From the NCBI GenBank assembly GCA_964425075.1, contig CAYRKM010000002.1, positions 162,898-226,897 on the forward strand: DNA of 64,000 nucleotides, in the 5' to 3' direction. The DNA is from an uncultured Gammaproteobacteria bacterium. Its GTDB lineage: Bacteria; Patescibacteriota; Microgenomatia; Levybacterales; GWA1-39-11. Every line of letters begins with the position of its first letter. The stretch's first letter is position 1. Of the stretch, positions 8,585 through 19,012 are shown piece after piece. The position numbers were made by a program, and so were the translations under genes. The notes under the pieces are model-generated. The model did no database searches and had not been told where the DNA came from. It saw only the letters and a program-made list of their open reading frames with translations.

Positions 8585-9808
8585 ATGTCAATTGTGCCCA
8601 AAACATTAAAAGGTTTTCGTGATTTTTTACCTGAAAAGGCTTCCAAGCGCGAATATGTAAGAAAAATTTTAAAAGAAACTTTTGTGTCATTTGGATTTGA
8701 ACCACTCGAAACTCCAAGTCTTGAATACGAGGAAGTTCTGCTTGGTAAATATGGAGAAGAAGGCGATAAATTAATGTACCGGTTTATGGATAATGGGGGT
8801 AGAAAAGTCGCGTTACGCTATGATCAAACAGTACCTCTTGCACGCGTTGTGGCACAATTTCAAAATGATATTCCACTACCCTTTAAAAGACATCAAATGC
8901 AAAATGTTTGGAGAGCTGAAAATACACAAAGAGGAAGATTTAGAGAATTTTTGCAGTGTGATATCGATACAGTTGGTGCATCATCCGCATTAACTGATGC
9001 TGAAATTATTGCGTGTGCCTATGAAGCTTATATTGCTTTGGGGTTTGATGATATAACATTTCTTGTAAATGACCGACTAATTTTTAATGAAGTTACTAAA
9101 GGCACCATAACATCAATAGATAAATTGAAAAAAATAGGTAGAGAGCGGGTTGTTGAAGAATTAGTTTCACGCGGTGAATACGACTCCTCTGAAACAGCTG
9201 AAAAGGTTCTGATAAAAATTGAACAATCAGAACCAACGCCTTGGATAAATGACGTCATAGAAACTGCAAAGAAATTAGGAGTCCCAGAACGAGCTATTCA
9301 ATTTTCTCCAACTCTTGCTCGAGGACTGGACTACTACACTTCTACTATTATTGAAGCAGTTACCCCATCTTATGAGGTTGGTTCATTGGGTGGAGGAGGA
9401 AGGTATGACAAACTTATTGGACTATTTTCAAATAAAGCGCTTCCTGCAGTTGGCTTTGCGTTTGGTTTTGATAGAGTAATTGAAGCAATGGAAGACCTTG
9501 GCCTTTTTCCTGAAGAATTAACACATGTAAAAGCGCTCGTTACCGTTTTTTCAGAAGAAACAAAAGACGCCTCACTTAAAGCAGTAAGAATTTTGCGACT
9601 TGGTAATATTTCTACAGATATTTATCTTGACGAAAATTACAAAATGGAGAAACAAATAAAATATGCCATAAAAAAACAAATTCCCTATATTGTAATAATC
9701 GGACCCGAAGAAAAGGCAAAAGGTGTTGCTGCTGTTAAAAATTTAAAAAGCGGACTTCAAACAACTATTCTCTTAGAGAATCTTACGGACGCAATTGAGG
9801 AAAACTAA
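8585..9808 (+). CDS. hisS: histidyl-tRNA synthetase
   Basis: Class II motifs LKGFRDFLP, YRFMDNGGRKVALRYDQTVPLAR, RFREFLQCDID; C-terminal anticodon-binding domain IVIIGPEEKAKGVAAVKNLKSG. Confidence 0.93.
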   Translation: MSIVPKTLKGFRDFLPEKASKREYVRKILKETFVSFGFEPLETPSLEYEEVLLGKYGEEGDKLMYRFMDNGGRKVALRYDQTVPLARVVAQFQNDIPLPFKRHQMQNVWRAENTQRGRFREFLQCDIDTVGASSALTDAEIIACAYEAYIALGFDDITFLVNDRLIFNEVTKGTITSIDKLKKIGRERVVEELVSRGEYDSSETAEKVLIKIEQSEPTPWINDVIETAKKLGVPERAIQFSPTLARGLDYYTSTIIEAVTPSYEVGSLGGGGRYDKLIGLFSNKALPAVGFAFGFDRVIEAMEDLGLFPEELTHVKALVTVFSEETKDASLKAVRILRLGNISTDIYLDENYKMEKQIKYAIKKQIPYIVIIGPEEKAKGVAAVKNLKSGLQTTILLENLTDAIEEN

Positions 9809-9862
9809 AATCTTAATACCCTCTGGATTTTAAATAAGAAACCTGCGTAGAATTAATATTGG

Positions 9863-10768
9863 ATGAAAAATACGCAAAAGGCCGTTTTTGCACTAATTCT
9901 TGCAAATTTTATTTGGGGAGCAGCTGCACCCATATTTAAGTGGTCGCTTGAAAGCACACCACCCTTCACGCTTGCCGTGCTTCGATTTGGAATTGCTTCA
10001 CTTATTTTTCTTCCTTTGGCCAAGAGACATTCCTTTTCAATAAAAAGCAAACATATTCTACTTCTTATCATTATGTCTTTTTTGGGAGTTTCACTTCATA
10101 TAAGCTTTTTCTTCTTGGGACTTGGATATACAGATAGTATCAATGCACCAATTATTGCCTCGTCAGGCCCCTTATTTATTATTCTTTTTGGTTTCTTATT
10201 TCTTAAGGACAAGATAAAAAAAAGAACAATGATTGGAGCATTTATTGGGCTTTTGGGAGTACTTGCTATCATTGTGCTTCCCGCTGTGGAGAAAGGTTTG
10301 GATGGATCTATAGTTGGAAACGTTTTTTTTGTAATAGCTATGCTTGCGGGAGTTATATACGCATTACTTTTAAAAAAACTCATGAATGGATATCATCCTT
10401 TTACTATAGCTTTTTGGACTTTCTTAATAGGAACAATAGGATTTCTTCCAATGTTTTTTGATGAAATTCAAAGAGTTGGTTTTTTGCCCATAATTAATAC
10501 TCAAGTTATTGTTGGGATTCTTTTTGGCGCCCTTCTATCTTCCTCTCTTGCATATGCACTACAAATGTGGGCGCTTCAAAAGATGTCCGTTGAGGATGTT
10601 GGTTTGTTTGCCTACGTTGACCCTGTTATTGCGGTTCTAATTGCCGCGCCGCTTTTGGGCGAACAACCAACATCTGTTTTCTTTGCTGGCTCCTTCTTTG
10701 TGTTTTTTGGAATTTATATTGCCGAAGGAAGAATACATTGGCACCCCATTCACAGACTCTTCAAATAA
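9863..10768 (+). CDS. EamA/DMT-family transporter (10 TM)
   Basis: Two EamA repeats, hydrophobic throughout. Confidence 0.8.
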   Translation: MKNTQKAVFALILANFIWGAAAPIFKWSLESTPPFTLAVLRFGIASLIFLPLAKRHSFSIKSKHILLLIIMSFLGVSLHISFFFLGLGYTDSINAPIIASSGPLFIILFGFLFLKDKIKKRTMIGAFIGLLGVLAIIVLPAVEKGLDGSIVGNVFFVIAMLAGVIYALLLKKLMNGYHPFTIAFWTFLIGTIGFLPMFFDEIQRVGFLPIINTQVIVGILFGALLSSSLAYALQMWALQKMSVEDVGLFAYVDPVIAVLIAAPLLGEQPTSVFFAGSFFVFFGIYIAEGRIHWHPIHRLFK

Positions 10769-10773
10769 TAATA

Positions 10774-10802
10774 TTGCAATTTGAGGCTTTTTCTAGTAAA
10801 AT
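10774..10802 (+). promoter_or_regulatory. promoter TTGCAA-N17-TAAAAT, 7 nt before the rpmE ATG
   Basis: ataTTGCAAtttgaggctttttctagTAAAATagacaaaATG. Confidence 0.35.
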
Positions 10803-10809
10803 AGACAAA

Positions 10810-11100
10810 ATGAAAGCTCAAATTCATCCACAATATTTTGAGAACGCACAAGTAACCTGCTCTTGCGGGAATTCTTTTACTGTGGGTTCAACCGTTGAGA
10901 AAATTCACATCGAGCTTTGCAATAATTGCCACCCATTCTATACAGGACAGCAAAAATTCGTTGATACAGCCTCCCGCATTGAGAAATTCCAGAAAAAAAT
11001 GGAATCAGCACGTCCTGTTATAAAGAAGGCTCAAAAGGAAGTAAAAGAGGACAAAGGCCCATTGACACTCCGGGAAATGCTTCAATCTCTCAAGAAATAG
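10810..11100 (+). CDS. rpmE: 50S ribosomal protein L31 (zinc-ribbon type) with C-terminal basic extension
   Basis: MKAQIHPQY...CSCGNSF...[10 protein letters not shown]; true start is the internal ATG of track ORF 10738..11100. Confidence 0.88.
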   Translation: MKAQIHPQYFENAQVTCSCGNSFTVGSTVEKIHIELCNNCHPFYTGQQKFVDTASRIEKFQKKMESARPVIKKAQKEVKEDKGPLTLREMLQSLKK

Positions 11101-11115
11101 CTAGAGCCTTCCATA

Positions 11116-12045
11116 ATGGACAAAGATACACTCCTTGCACAACTATACGCTCTTGATTTTAAAATTGCAGAAGCAGAAAAATTAACCTCTGATCCTGAAT
11201 TATCCTCTATGGCTTATGAAGAAATTGCTTCATTGAAAAAGCAAAAGGAAGAACTTTCAAAGCTTGTCGATATGCCTACTTTTGAAAACTCCACTCAAGC
11301 TACAAAAGACAATGCTTCTTCCCTTGATATGCGTCCAGCTATTATTGAAGTAAAGGGTGCAGCTGGGGGAGATGAGGCCAATATTTTTGCGAGGGAACTT
11401 GTAAGACTTTATATGCGCTATGCCGAGAGAAAAGGTCTAAGGGCAGAAATGATGGACGAATATGCTCTTAAAATTTCGAATCATAAGGCTTTTGGTATTT
11501 TTAAATTCGAAGCAGGCGTACATAGGGTTCAAAGAGTGCCTGAAACTGAAAAGCGCGGAAGAGTTCATACGTCAACTGCAGTTGTTTCAGTTCTTCCTGA
11601 GCTTGCTGATATTGACCTTCACATTAGACCAGAAGAAATAGAATTTGACGCGTTTCGCTCAGGAGGACATGGAGGACAAAATGTAAATAAAGTTTCAACT
11701 GCGGTAAGACTTAAACATATCCCAACTGGTATTGTAGTAACCTGTCAAACAGAACGACATCAAGCACAAAATAGAGAAAACGCGATGGGAATGCTTCGTG
11801 CAAAATTGTGGGAGCTTGAAGTTGAAAAACAAAACAAGGAAGTTTCAGAACTTAAGTCTACTCAAGTTGGAAAAGGAATGCGAAATGAGAAGATCCGCAC
11901 ATATAACTTCCCACAAGATAGAGTTACTGACCATAGAATTGGAAAGTCTTATCATAACCTTCCCACTTTTATGGATGGGGATATCGACCAAATGCTAAAA
12001 GACCTCAAAGAATCAGAAACTTTAGCTACTACTCCCCAGGCTTAA
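11116..12045 (+). CDS. prfA: peptide chain release factor 1
   Basis: GGQ motif [13 protein letters not shown]; RF1-type tripeptide region RVPETEK; shortened N-terminus. Confidence 0.9.
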   Translation: MDKDTLLAQLYALDFKIAEAEKLTSDPELSSMAYEEIASLKKQKEELSKLVDMPTFENSTQATKDNASSLDMRPAIIEVKGAAGGDEANIFARELVRLYMRYAERKGLRAEMMDEYALKISNHKAFGIFKFEAGVHRVQRVPETEKRGRVHTSTAVVSVLPELADIDLHIRPEEIEFDAFRSGGHGGQNVNKVSTAVRLKHIPTGIVVTCQTERHQAQNRENAMGMLRAKLWELEVEKQNKEVSELKSTQVGKGMRNEKIRTYNFPQDRVTDHRIGKSYHNLPTFMDGDIDQMLKDLKESETLATTPQA

Positions 12046-12373
12046 TTAACTCTGGCCAAGTACGATAATAATTCTCTTCATTACCCTCAGGCTTTTTTGC
12101 AAGCGGCACAACAAACACATTTCTACCGCCTTGACTCATCATTAAATCTCCAGATGCAACCAGTCCCTCCAAGCTTGCTTTTAAAATATGGGGATCAACT
12201 CTACCAGCAACCTCTTCTAGGGAATCGGACATAACCATATCGGTGAACCAGGGTGTTTTTGCCTCAGCAAAACCTCCTGCAATCTCAACAATTTGCCCTT
12301 GAATTTCCCTTGAAATCATGCGCTCCGACTGATGCGTTCCGCCAATTTTTCTTAAAAACTCTCGAAGTTCCAT
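12029..12373 (-). CDS. hypothetical protein (114 aa), possibly a PPC/DUF296-like fold
   Basis: Compositionally distinct ORF; weak resemblance only. Confidence 0.35.
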   Translation of the reverse strand: MELREFLRKIGGTHQSERMISREIQGQIVEIAGGFAEAKTPWFTDMVMSDSLEEVAGRVDPHILKASLEGLVASGDLMMSQGGRNVFVVPLAKKPEGNEENYYRTWPELIKPGE

Positions 12374-12440
12374 ATGCGTATTATAGGATTTAAATAAAGA
12401 AATTTCAATCGCTTTACCAACTTAAGAGGTAAATTCCAAA

Positions 12441-13385
12441 TTATTGATTTTGAAGAACTTCGACAACTTGGGACAAAGTAAGCTTTGTGCCATTCATTGT
12501 AGGATTTTTTGAGCTTCCATTAAGAAGCATGCGTTTGGAAGCATGAAGAAACCATGAGGCATCGGGATCCATTTTCTTGAGCTTTTTGTAATATGGAGTT
12601 AAATCAATTGTTTTGATAAGGTCTTGTTTCTTTTTCTCTTCTTCATTTTTAATTCCTAATTCTTCATTTTTACTTCTAACATCAGGTAGTGCTTTGATTC
12701 GAATGAATCCACCATTTGGGTCCTTTCGTACGGCCAAAACATACCCTCTCATCTGAGAAAGCTTAAGAACCTCATCATTTATTGTCTCGATTGCCAAAGA
12801 CTTGCCCCATTTTGAGGTAAATTCAATACCCTTCTTATTTATTTCCTCTTCTGCCCAAATTCTTGTTTCCAAACTATGAAGTGCAACATCCAAACACTCC
12901 ATAATAAAATTGACTAATTTTGCATCATCCTTTTGAAACATTAACTTATGCCCCTGAATCAACTCAACTATTCCTAACGCATAAATATCTTTATTGCTAT
13001 CTGGATAATAAACCTCCTGAAAATGATCATCATCAATCACTAACTCAACAATTCTTTCTACTGCTTCTTTCTTAACTTCATGCTTATGAAGGTTTGACTC
13101 AGGATTTTTGAGAATAAAATCCAAAGTTAATTTTGCACCACAAGTGTTATTATCTGAAGTTTGGTGGTGGTCAAGAGCTCCCATTCCCGTATCAACGTGT
13201 ATTGTTTCAACTCCATCTACTAATTCTATTGGATTACCCTCATTTTTATATTCACCTGGTAATCTGTCTCCAGCAGACACAAATTCCACCTCTGCCCCAT
13301 CCCAATCAGGGTAAAATCTCTTCAAAAGCCAAACAGAGGCAATTGCGTCAAGGTCAGAGCTTTTATGAGTTACTATTCTTCGCAT
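12441..13385 (-). CDS. DHH-family phosphoesterase (NrnA-like)
   Basis: Motifs HKSSDLDAIAS, DTGMGALDHHQ (DHH); start moved to the internal ATG MRRIVTHK to avoid a divergent overlap. Confidence 0.78.
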   Translation of the reverse strand: MRRIVTHKSSDLDAIASVWLLKRFYPDWDGAEVEFVSAGDRLPGEYKNEGNPIELVDGVETIHVDTGMGALDHHQTSDNNTCGAKLTLDFILKNPESNLHKHEVKKEAVERIVELVIDDDHFQEVYYPDSNKDIYALGIVELIQGHKLMFQKDDAKLVNFIMECLDVALHSLETRIWAEEEINKKGIEFTSKWGKSLAIETINDEVLKLSQMRGYVLAVRKDPNGGFIRIKALPDVRSKNEELGIKNEEEKKKQDLIKTIDLTPYYKKLKKMDPDASWFLHASKRMLLNGSSKNPTMNGTKLTLSQVVEVLQNQ

Positions 13386-13480
13386 AATATCAGTATATAT
13401 TAACTTTCCCTTAAAGTTGAGTAGTATATCCAAATCTATCAAGCTTGACAAGTATGAATATTTAACCCTACTATTAATGT

Positions 13481-13963
13481 ATGGATGGAAAGAAACAAAC
13501 AAATTTAACACCAGAACTTAAGGAAATATATGACAGAGTTATGAATACTTCTGCTGCACCAAAACCTGCAGCCTCCCCCCAATCACCATCATCTCCACTT
13601 GCCTCTCCAACGCCTCCCCCCACTCCAGCTTCACCTACCACACCTCCACCTACATCAGAGCCCACCATGGCACCTCTTGGTGCTTCACCCACCACTTCTC
13701 CACCCGGAATAGGAATGCCAAATACAAATACGGCTGAGGAGGCATTAACTTCTTCTCCTCCACGGCCAGTTTCTCAAGTGGACGGAACAAAACCTTTCTC
13801 CTTTAGCGGAACTGCATCAAGCACACCCGCTACAAAAGACACGAGTGCAAAGTCTTTAAAAAAACCTGTTATTTCTATGCCAATTTTGATAGTCCTTGGA
13901 ATTGCTTTTGTTGCAGTATGGGCTGTTTTCTGGCTCGTTATCTTGGGGTTTATTAGCCGTTAG
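13481..13963 (+). CDS. Pro/Thr/Ser-rich low-complexity protein with C-terminal TM anchor
   Basis: SPQSPSSPLASPTPPPTPASPTTPPPTSEPT... then C-terminal helix ILIVLGIAFVAVWAVFWLVILGF. Confidence 0.5.
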   Translation: MDGKKQTNLTPELKEIYDRVMNTSAAPKPAASPQSPSSPLASPTPPPTPASPTTPPPTSEPTMAPLGASPTTSPPGIGMPNTNTAEEALTSSPPRPVSQVDGTKPFSFSGTASSTPATKDTSAKSLKKPVISMPILIVLGIAFVAVWAVFWLVILGFISR

Positions 13964-15225
13964 GCAACTTTTTGGAGTAACTCTTCTTCAGAAATTATAC
14001 TTACTTCCGCTTCATTTCTTTTTTTAAGTTCCACTTTTCCTTCCAATTTTGAGGATAAAACCACCCGGTAAGGAATTCCTAAAAGATCACAGTCTGCAAA
14101 TTTCTCTCCAGGGGTTTTATCTTGTCTGTCATCAAACAGCACCTCAGCACCTTTATCAGTTAACTTTTTGTAAAGGCTGTCTGCTTCCTCATCTTTTCCA
14201 ATTGAAATAAGACAAAATGTATATGGCGCAATTTCCTCAGGCCAAATAATTCCTTTATCGTCATGTAATTTTTCTACGAGTACTCCCATTACACGAGATA
14301 TTCCCAAACCATAACATCCCATTATTGGAAATTGCTTATTGCCATCTTTATCTAAATATCCTAAGTCAAAATCTTTACTGTATTTCTGTCCAAGATCAAA
14401 AACATTACCCACTTCTGAAGCTCTTCCCATTTTCAAACCCGAAGTATTACATTTTGGACAATCATCTCCTTCTTTTAAATTGTCCGCAACTTCCACATTG
14501 ACGCAATAATCACAACTATTACAATATAAAATATCGTCTTCACCAGCATCGGTTAAAACCATGAATTCATATGAGATTTTTTTACTAAAACTTCCACCTG
14601 AGGCCTCAGTTGCTTTTGCGACAAGACCCAATCTTTCAAAAATTCTAATGTATGATTCTTTGACAATTTTGTAGTACCTATCAAAATCGTCCTGACTTTC
14701 ATGGAATGAATACATATCCTTCATATAAAATTCACGACCTCGTAAAATTCCTGATTTTGCACGGAGTTCGTCCCTATATTTCCAGTGTATTTGATAAACT
14801 GAAAGAGGAAGATCTTTGTAAGAATTAACGCGTGATAAAACCAAAGGAGTTACAACCTCCTCCTCAGACTGACCAATTGCATACTCCTTATCAGTTCTAC
14901 TTTTAACCTTGAATAAAACATCGATCCCATCCCATCCTCCAGTTTTTACCCAATTTTCTTTTGGATGAAGAACAGGCATCAGTAACTCATTGCCACCAAT
15001 AACATTCATTTCCTCCCTTACTACACCTTCTATTTTTCTAAGCACTCGAAGTCCGAGTGGAAGATAACTATAAACACCTGCCATAAGCTGCTCAACAAAT
15101 CCTGCTTGAGTTAGCAATTTATGATTTATTGTTTCTGCGTCCTTAGGTGCGTAACGCAGGGTTTTGCCAAAAAGTTGTGAATATCGCATGAGGATAGTAT
15201 ACCTCAGCGCTCGTCCGTTTTTCAA
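13960..15225 (-). CDS. proS: prolyl-tRNA synthetase, bacterial-type core lacking the INS editing domain
   Basis: MRYSQLFGKTLRYAPKDAE..., class II motifs; the INS position holds only about 20 aa with a CxxCxxC...CxxC cluster. Confidence 0.9.
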   Translation of the reverse strand: MKNGRALRYTILMRYSQLFGKTLRYAPKDAETINHKLLTQAGFVEQLMAGVYSYLPLGLRVLRKIEGVVREEMNVIGGNELLMPVLHPKENWVKTGGWDGIDVLFKVKSRTDKEYAIGQSEEEVVTPLVLSRVNSYKDLPLSVYQIHWKYRDELRAKSGILRGREFYMKDMYSFHESQDDFDRYYKIVKESYIRIFERLGLVAKATEASGGSFSKKISYEFMVLTDAGEDDILYCNSCDYCVNVEVADNLKEGDDCPKCNTSGLKMGRASEVGNVFDLGQKYSKDFDLGYLDKDGNKQFPIMGCYGLGISRVMGVLVEKLHDDKGIIWPEEIAPYTFCLISIGKDEEADSLYKKLTDKGAEVLFDDRQDKTPGEKFADCDLLGIPYRVVLSSKLEGKVELKKRNEAEVSIISEEELLQKVA

Positions 15226-15234
15226 CGAATGTTA

Positions 15235-15984
15235 CTACGCAACTTTTGATATTGGCGCCACATCTGCTCCCTTATCCTGGCGTTCCAACATTTTTCTCAA
15301 AAACTCGTCGTACTCTGTTATGTTACTTCCAGTTCTTTTGACAGGCTTTTTTCTTGCAACTGTTTGGTTGTATCCGTAATTTTCTTCCTCTGGTTTGGCA
15401 AGTGACTCCAACAGATTCCCCATCATCGCTACAAATATTTCAAGAAGCGATACCTTTTCTTTCTCATCTTCCTCTTTCTCTATGATTCTTCGTAAGAGCA
15501 CAGCCATTTGTTGCAATACTTCAAGAGATAACTGTAAGTTCTCGTTTGTACTCTTGAGTTGCTCAGCAAGTTGTTGATTCTTGCCTTCAAGATCTACAAC
15601 TTTAGCCTCAAGTTCATTAATTCTCTCAAGCACCATAATTTTCTCTATATCTTCTTCCTCAGTTTTTGGTTTATCGCGAGTTTCTTCCAAAACTTCTTCT
15701 TCCTCATCCTGAGTGTTATTATCACTTGTTGCCATTCCTTCTTCTGTTTCAGGTTCGTCTTCTCCCAAACTGATTAATGCCTCCTCCATGCCTTCATCTC
15801 TCACTCTATCCAAAAGCGCATCTGCATCATTTTTTCCTTCGTCTGATGCAATTATTTCGTCTTGAGCAGCGACTACAACGTTTTGCTGAGCAATTTCACT
15901 AAAATACCCCTCCTCATCAAAGTTCTGAGTAGAAGTAACTGCGGTTGGTGTGTTTGCTGTCATATTTATTCCTTCCATATACAT
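15235..15984 (-). CDS. hypothetical acidic coiled-coil protein
   Basis: D/E-rich N-terminus, central heptad region. Confidence 0.45.
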   Translation of the reverse strand: MYMEGINMTANTPTAVTSTQNFDEEGYFSEIAQQNVVVAAQDEIIASDEGKNDADALLDRVRDEGMEEALISLGEDEPETEEGMATSDNNTQDEEEEVLEETRDKPKTEEEDIEKIMVLERINELEAKVVDLEGKNQQLAEQLKSTNENLQLSLEVLQQMAVLLRRIIEKEEDEKEKVSLLEIFVAMMGNLLESLAKPEEENYGYNQTVARKKPVKRTGSNITEYDEFLRKMLERQDKGADVAPISKVA

Positions 15985-16038
15985 TCACCTCCCTTCGTCA
16001 GCTTTGCCTCCTCAGGGCAAGCCAATCTAATTTTCGTC

Positions 16039-16350
16039 TTATTTTTGTATGCTAGAAAAAGATTGATCCTGATTTATGCTATTTCTAACCATTGTTATTT
16101 TTCCCTTTAATGTAGCTTTTTCATACTCCCTAACTGTTTTTATGAATGCCTCTGTAATTTCTGGTGAATATTTGCAGGCTTTCTCAATACCCTTTAAAAA
16201 TTCATCGATATTTTCATTTTTAAAAAATGGAGTTACTATTTTTGCAATCAATTTAGCATTCTTCTTTGTAATTTTCCCTCGTCTCATATTAAGAATTATG
16301 AAAAATAAAAGCTCTCTTTGGAAATTTGTTTTTAGAGTTTTGTATTCCAT
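16039..16350 (-). CDS. hypothetical protein
   Basis: K/E-rich ORF on the same strand as the proS operon; the antisense + ORF is F/S/C-rich and implausible. Confidence 0.35.
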   Translation of the reverse strand: MEYKTLKTNFQRELLFFIILNMRRGKITKKNAKLIAKIVTPFFKNENIDEFLKGIEKACKYSPEITEAFIKTVREYEKATLKGKITMVRNSINQDQSFSSIQK

Positions 16351-16374
16351 AGTTTTTTTTATTGGTTTTAGTCG

Positions 16375-16692
16375 TTATCCGGTAAGTTCCGCTACTTTTT
16401 CATTTGTTTCTCGGCCTTTACGCTCTGCCTCTTCTTTTTTTTCATGTGCAGCTTGTGCGCTAAGCAATTCCATTTCAAGATTCAAAGCTTCCTCTTGTGC
16501 TTCTGCGGCCTCCATTTGCTCAATCTGTACCTTGATTTGCACATCTCGAACAATTTGTTCCATATTTACTTCTTTCGTTGCCCCTTTAATTGTTTCGCCA
16601 GTTATATTTTTCATATCCTGCGTAGTGTAGAACTTAAAACTAATTCGAACTTGATATCTTCCTTTTCTTTTCCTAACAAAGAGGTAACACAA
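16375..16692 (-). CDS. hypothetical protein
   Basis: Charged ORF; real start may be the internal Met. Confidence 0.3.
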   Translation of the reverse strand: MCYLFVRKRKGRYQVRISFKFYTTQDMKNITGETIKGATKEVNMEQIVRDVQIKVQIEQMEAAEAQEEALNLEMELLSAQAAHEKKEEAERKGRETNEKVAELTG

Positions 16693-16734
16693 AAAAATTT
16701 GACTAAAATTTGAGGCTGAAGTATACTACAAGAT

Positions 16735-17085
16735 ATGACTGCAGAAATTCCAAATGGCGTGCCGGATAACGTAACTCCTATTGCGCCTCATATAGAATTT
16801 TACACAAGTTTGGGAACAGGAGAAATCCCCGATAGGGCCCGTTTTGTGCTCAAAGAGGTGCTTCCGACACTTGGTCTTTACTGTCCACAGGGAGAAGAAG
16901 GTCAAATAATGGTTAGTAAGTTACTTTTGTGGTTAAGTCGGCATCCTAATGAACCAGAGGGTTATGCCCCCAATTCGTTAACCCAAACTAATGAAGGGCA
17001 ACTAACTCAAGCAAGAAGGTTTAGAGACATAGAAAGATTTGAGGAAAGAAGAGCTAGACCTCAAGATGGGAACCAATTAACTTAG
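16735..17085 (+). CDS. hypothetical protein
   Basis: ORF with R/E/G-rich atypical composition. Confidence 0.35.
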   Translation: MTAEIPNGVPDNVTPIAPHIEFYTSLGTGEIPDRARFVLKEVLPTLGLYCPQGEEGQIMVSKLLLWLSRHPNEPEGYAPNSLTQTNEGQLTQARRFRDIERFEERRARPQDGNQLT

Positions 17086-17959
17086 AAAGAGACAAAACCT
17101 CAAGCTTTTCAAATTTCTTCTCCTCCGGAATTGGCAAAGCGTCTGTTACAAAAACTTTCTTAACGTGTGAGTTTTGCAAAATTTCTGAGGCATTTCCCGA
17201 CAATAAGGGGTGAGTAGCAAAAGCATATATATTCTCTGCTCCGCCTTCGTGAAGCTTCTCAATTGCCTGAACCATTGTCTTTCCACTTGAAATCATATCG
17301 TCAATAATAAAACAAGTTTTCTTAATTTCTCCATGCACCGCTGAAGCCTTGATTGAACCACTATCATAATCTCTCTCTTTCTCAATTGAGGTAAATGGTA
17401 ACTTATCTAACATTTCAGATAGCTGCTCCATGCGTCTTAGTCCCCCCATATCAGGGCTTACGATAACGGAATTTTCCCTATCAAATCCAATTTCCTTAAT
17501 TTTTTCTGCGAAAAGCGGAAGGGCTGAGAGATTTACGACATCTATCTTGAACATTTCAGGCATTTTTATGGTGTGTGGGTCTACAAATATGATTTTTGTA
17601 AGACCAGCATTTTCAAGCAGATTAATTACAACTTCAAGAGGTACGGCCTCACCTGTGCGGAATACGTGATCGGCTCTGGAATACGGAATATATGGAATAA
17701 TTCCAGTTACAGAACTTGCTCCACTTCTTTTAATAGAATCTATTAAAAAAGCAGTTTCTATAAGATATGAGTCAAGGCTTGGGGTAACTGAAGCTGTTTT
17801 TACAAAAACCACATGCTCGTCCACTACCTCTTCAGTCAAACGAATACGCCTTTCCCCGTCCGCAAAAACAGTAACTTCAGGAAAATTTAGAGTCGTTTTA
17901 AGATTCGAGGCTAGACCTTCGGAAAGTGAAGCATTCTGTGGGTCCCCAAAAAACAACAT
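17054..17959 (-). CDS. prs: ribose-phosphate pyrophosphokinase
   Basis: PRPP synthetase N and C domains; PRPP-binding loop CFIIDDMISSGKT. Confidence 0.92.
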   Translation of the reverse strand: MLFFGDPQNASLSEGLASNLKTTLNFPEVTVFADGERRIRLTEEVVDEHVVFVKTASVTPSLDSYLIETAFLIDSIKRSGASSVTGIIPYIPYSRADHVFRTGEAVPLEVVINLLENAGLTKIIFVDPHTIKMPEMFKIDVVNLSALPLFAEKIKEIGFDRENSVIVSPDMGGLRRMEQLSEMLDKLPFTSIEKERDYDSGSIKASAVHGEIKKTCFIIDDMISSGKTMVQAIEKLHEGGAENIYAFATHPLLSGNASEILQNSHVKKVFVTDALPIPEEKKFEKLEVLSLSKLIGSHLEV

Positions 17960-18064
17960 AGAAATATAATTACAAATTGACCTAATTATTCTAATTTTCC
18001 TAATTCAATAACTTTATTAGAAATTAGATCAATTAGAAATTAGTCATTGCCTGGCAGAGGCCTT

Positions 18065-18352
18065 TTACTCTCCGCCACCACCAAATAATGAACTTAGTCC
18101 AGCTCCCATTGATTGCATTTTCATTGCACTCTTTTTTTGAGCCTTCTCAACCGCGTCATTTATGGCGTCTTTTACGTCCGACATTTCCTCACCATTTATC
18201 TCAATGGACTTTAATTTCATATTTCCATTCATGATAACTTTTGCTCTTCCCTTTTCGGTTTCTACCTCAATTTGCTCAAGTTCTCTTTGGATTTGTTTGG
18301 CAGTATCTCTTAGTTTTTTAAGTTCTCCTGCTTGTTTTAATGGATTAAACAT
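18065..18352 (-). CDS. ybaB: YbaB/EbfC nucleoid-associated protein
   Basis: MFNPLKQAGELKKL...GGGGE; typical length and motifs. Confidence 0.88.
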   Translation of the reverse strand: MFNPLKQAGELKKLRDTAKQIQRELEQIEVETEKGRAKVIMNGNMKLKSIEINGEEMSDVKDAINDAVEKAQKKSAMKMQSMGAGLSSLFGGGGE

Positions 18353-18391
18353 ACATTCACCCCCTTCACATCATTATACAGAATAATTCTT

Positions 18392-18901
18392 CTAAAGAAA
18401 GTCCTCACGAGACGCAACAAAATCATGATATCTTTCAATCTGTGTTCTTCTTCTTTGCTCCATTTCTTCATAAGTCATACCATGAAGTTCAGTTTGCAAA
18501 GCATTTCTAAAAGTGGTCATTCTTTCCGTAAGAATTCTTTGAATATTATCATTAAAAATAGCTCCATCAAACAATCTCTCGCTATGTCTTTTTGATTGAT
18601 GAGCACTCACAGCGTTAAACGCATCCATAAAGACCTGCCTTTCACTCTCAGTTAATGCTGCCCATCCCCCAGCCTCGCAACACTGCCTAATTAACCCCAT
18701 ATAATCTACCCCTTGATTAATAGCATACCATTCTAGTTTTATTACCTGCGCACCAAATGAACCGTAAGATCCGTCATGAGACTGAATATAAAAATCCATA
18801 AAATTAGCTCTTGTCAACGGGGCTCCTGAAATAAATGGCTCCATGCCGCCTTCTTCCTGCGACAAAGCAAATTCTATAGGAACTGGGGAACGGTTTTCCA
18901 T
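18392..18901 (-). CDS. hypothetical protein (169 aa), atypical R/E/G/W-rich composition
   Basis: No recognizable family by eye. Confidence 0.4.
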   Translation of the reverse strand: MENRSPVPIEFALSQEEGGMEPFISGAPLTRANFMDFYIQSHDGSYGSFGAQVIKLEWYAINQGVDYMGLIRQCCEAGGWAALTESERQVFMDAFNAVSAHQSKRHSERLFDGAIFNDNIQRILTERMTTFRNALQTELHGMTYEEMEQRRRTQIERYHDFVASREDFL

Positions 18902-19000
18902 AAAAAGAGCTTAAATTTTAATTCTTTCCTTAGTTTATGTCAACGTTCTCACACGAGTCTTCTGAAATTAATGAAACTTAAACAATCAGCACCCAAATGA

Positions 19001-19006
19001 TATAAT
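19001..19006 (+). promoter_or_regulatory. -10 box TATAAT 6 nt before the ispH ATG
   Basis: aaatgaTATAATtgcatcATG. Confidence 0.3.
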
Positions 19007-19012
19007 TGCATC

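Noticed and set aside
16076-16630. 184-aa + strand ORF spanning two minus-strand hypotheticals
   Set aside because: It is F/S/C-rich and featureless. The minus-strand frames have the genome-typical K/E composition and the operon orientation.
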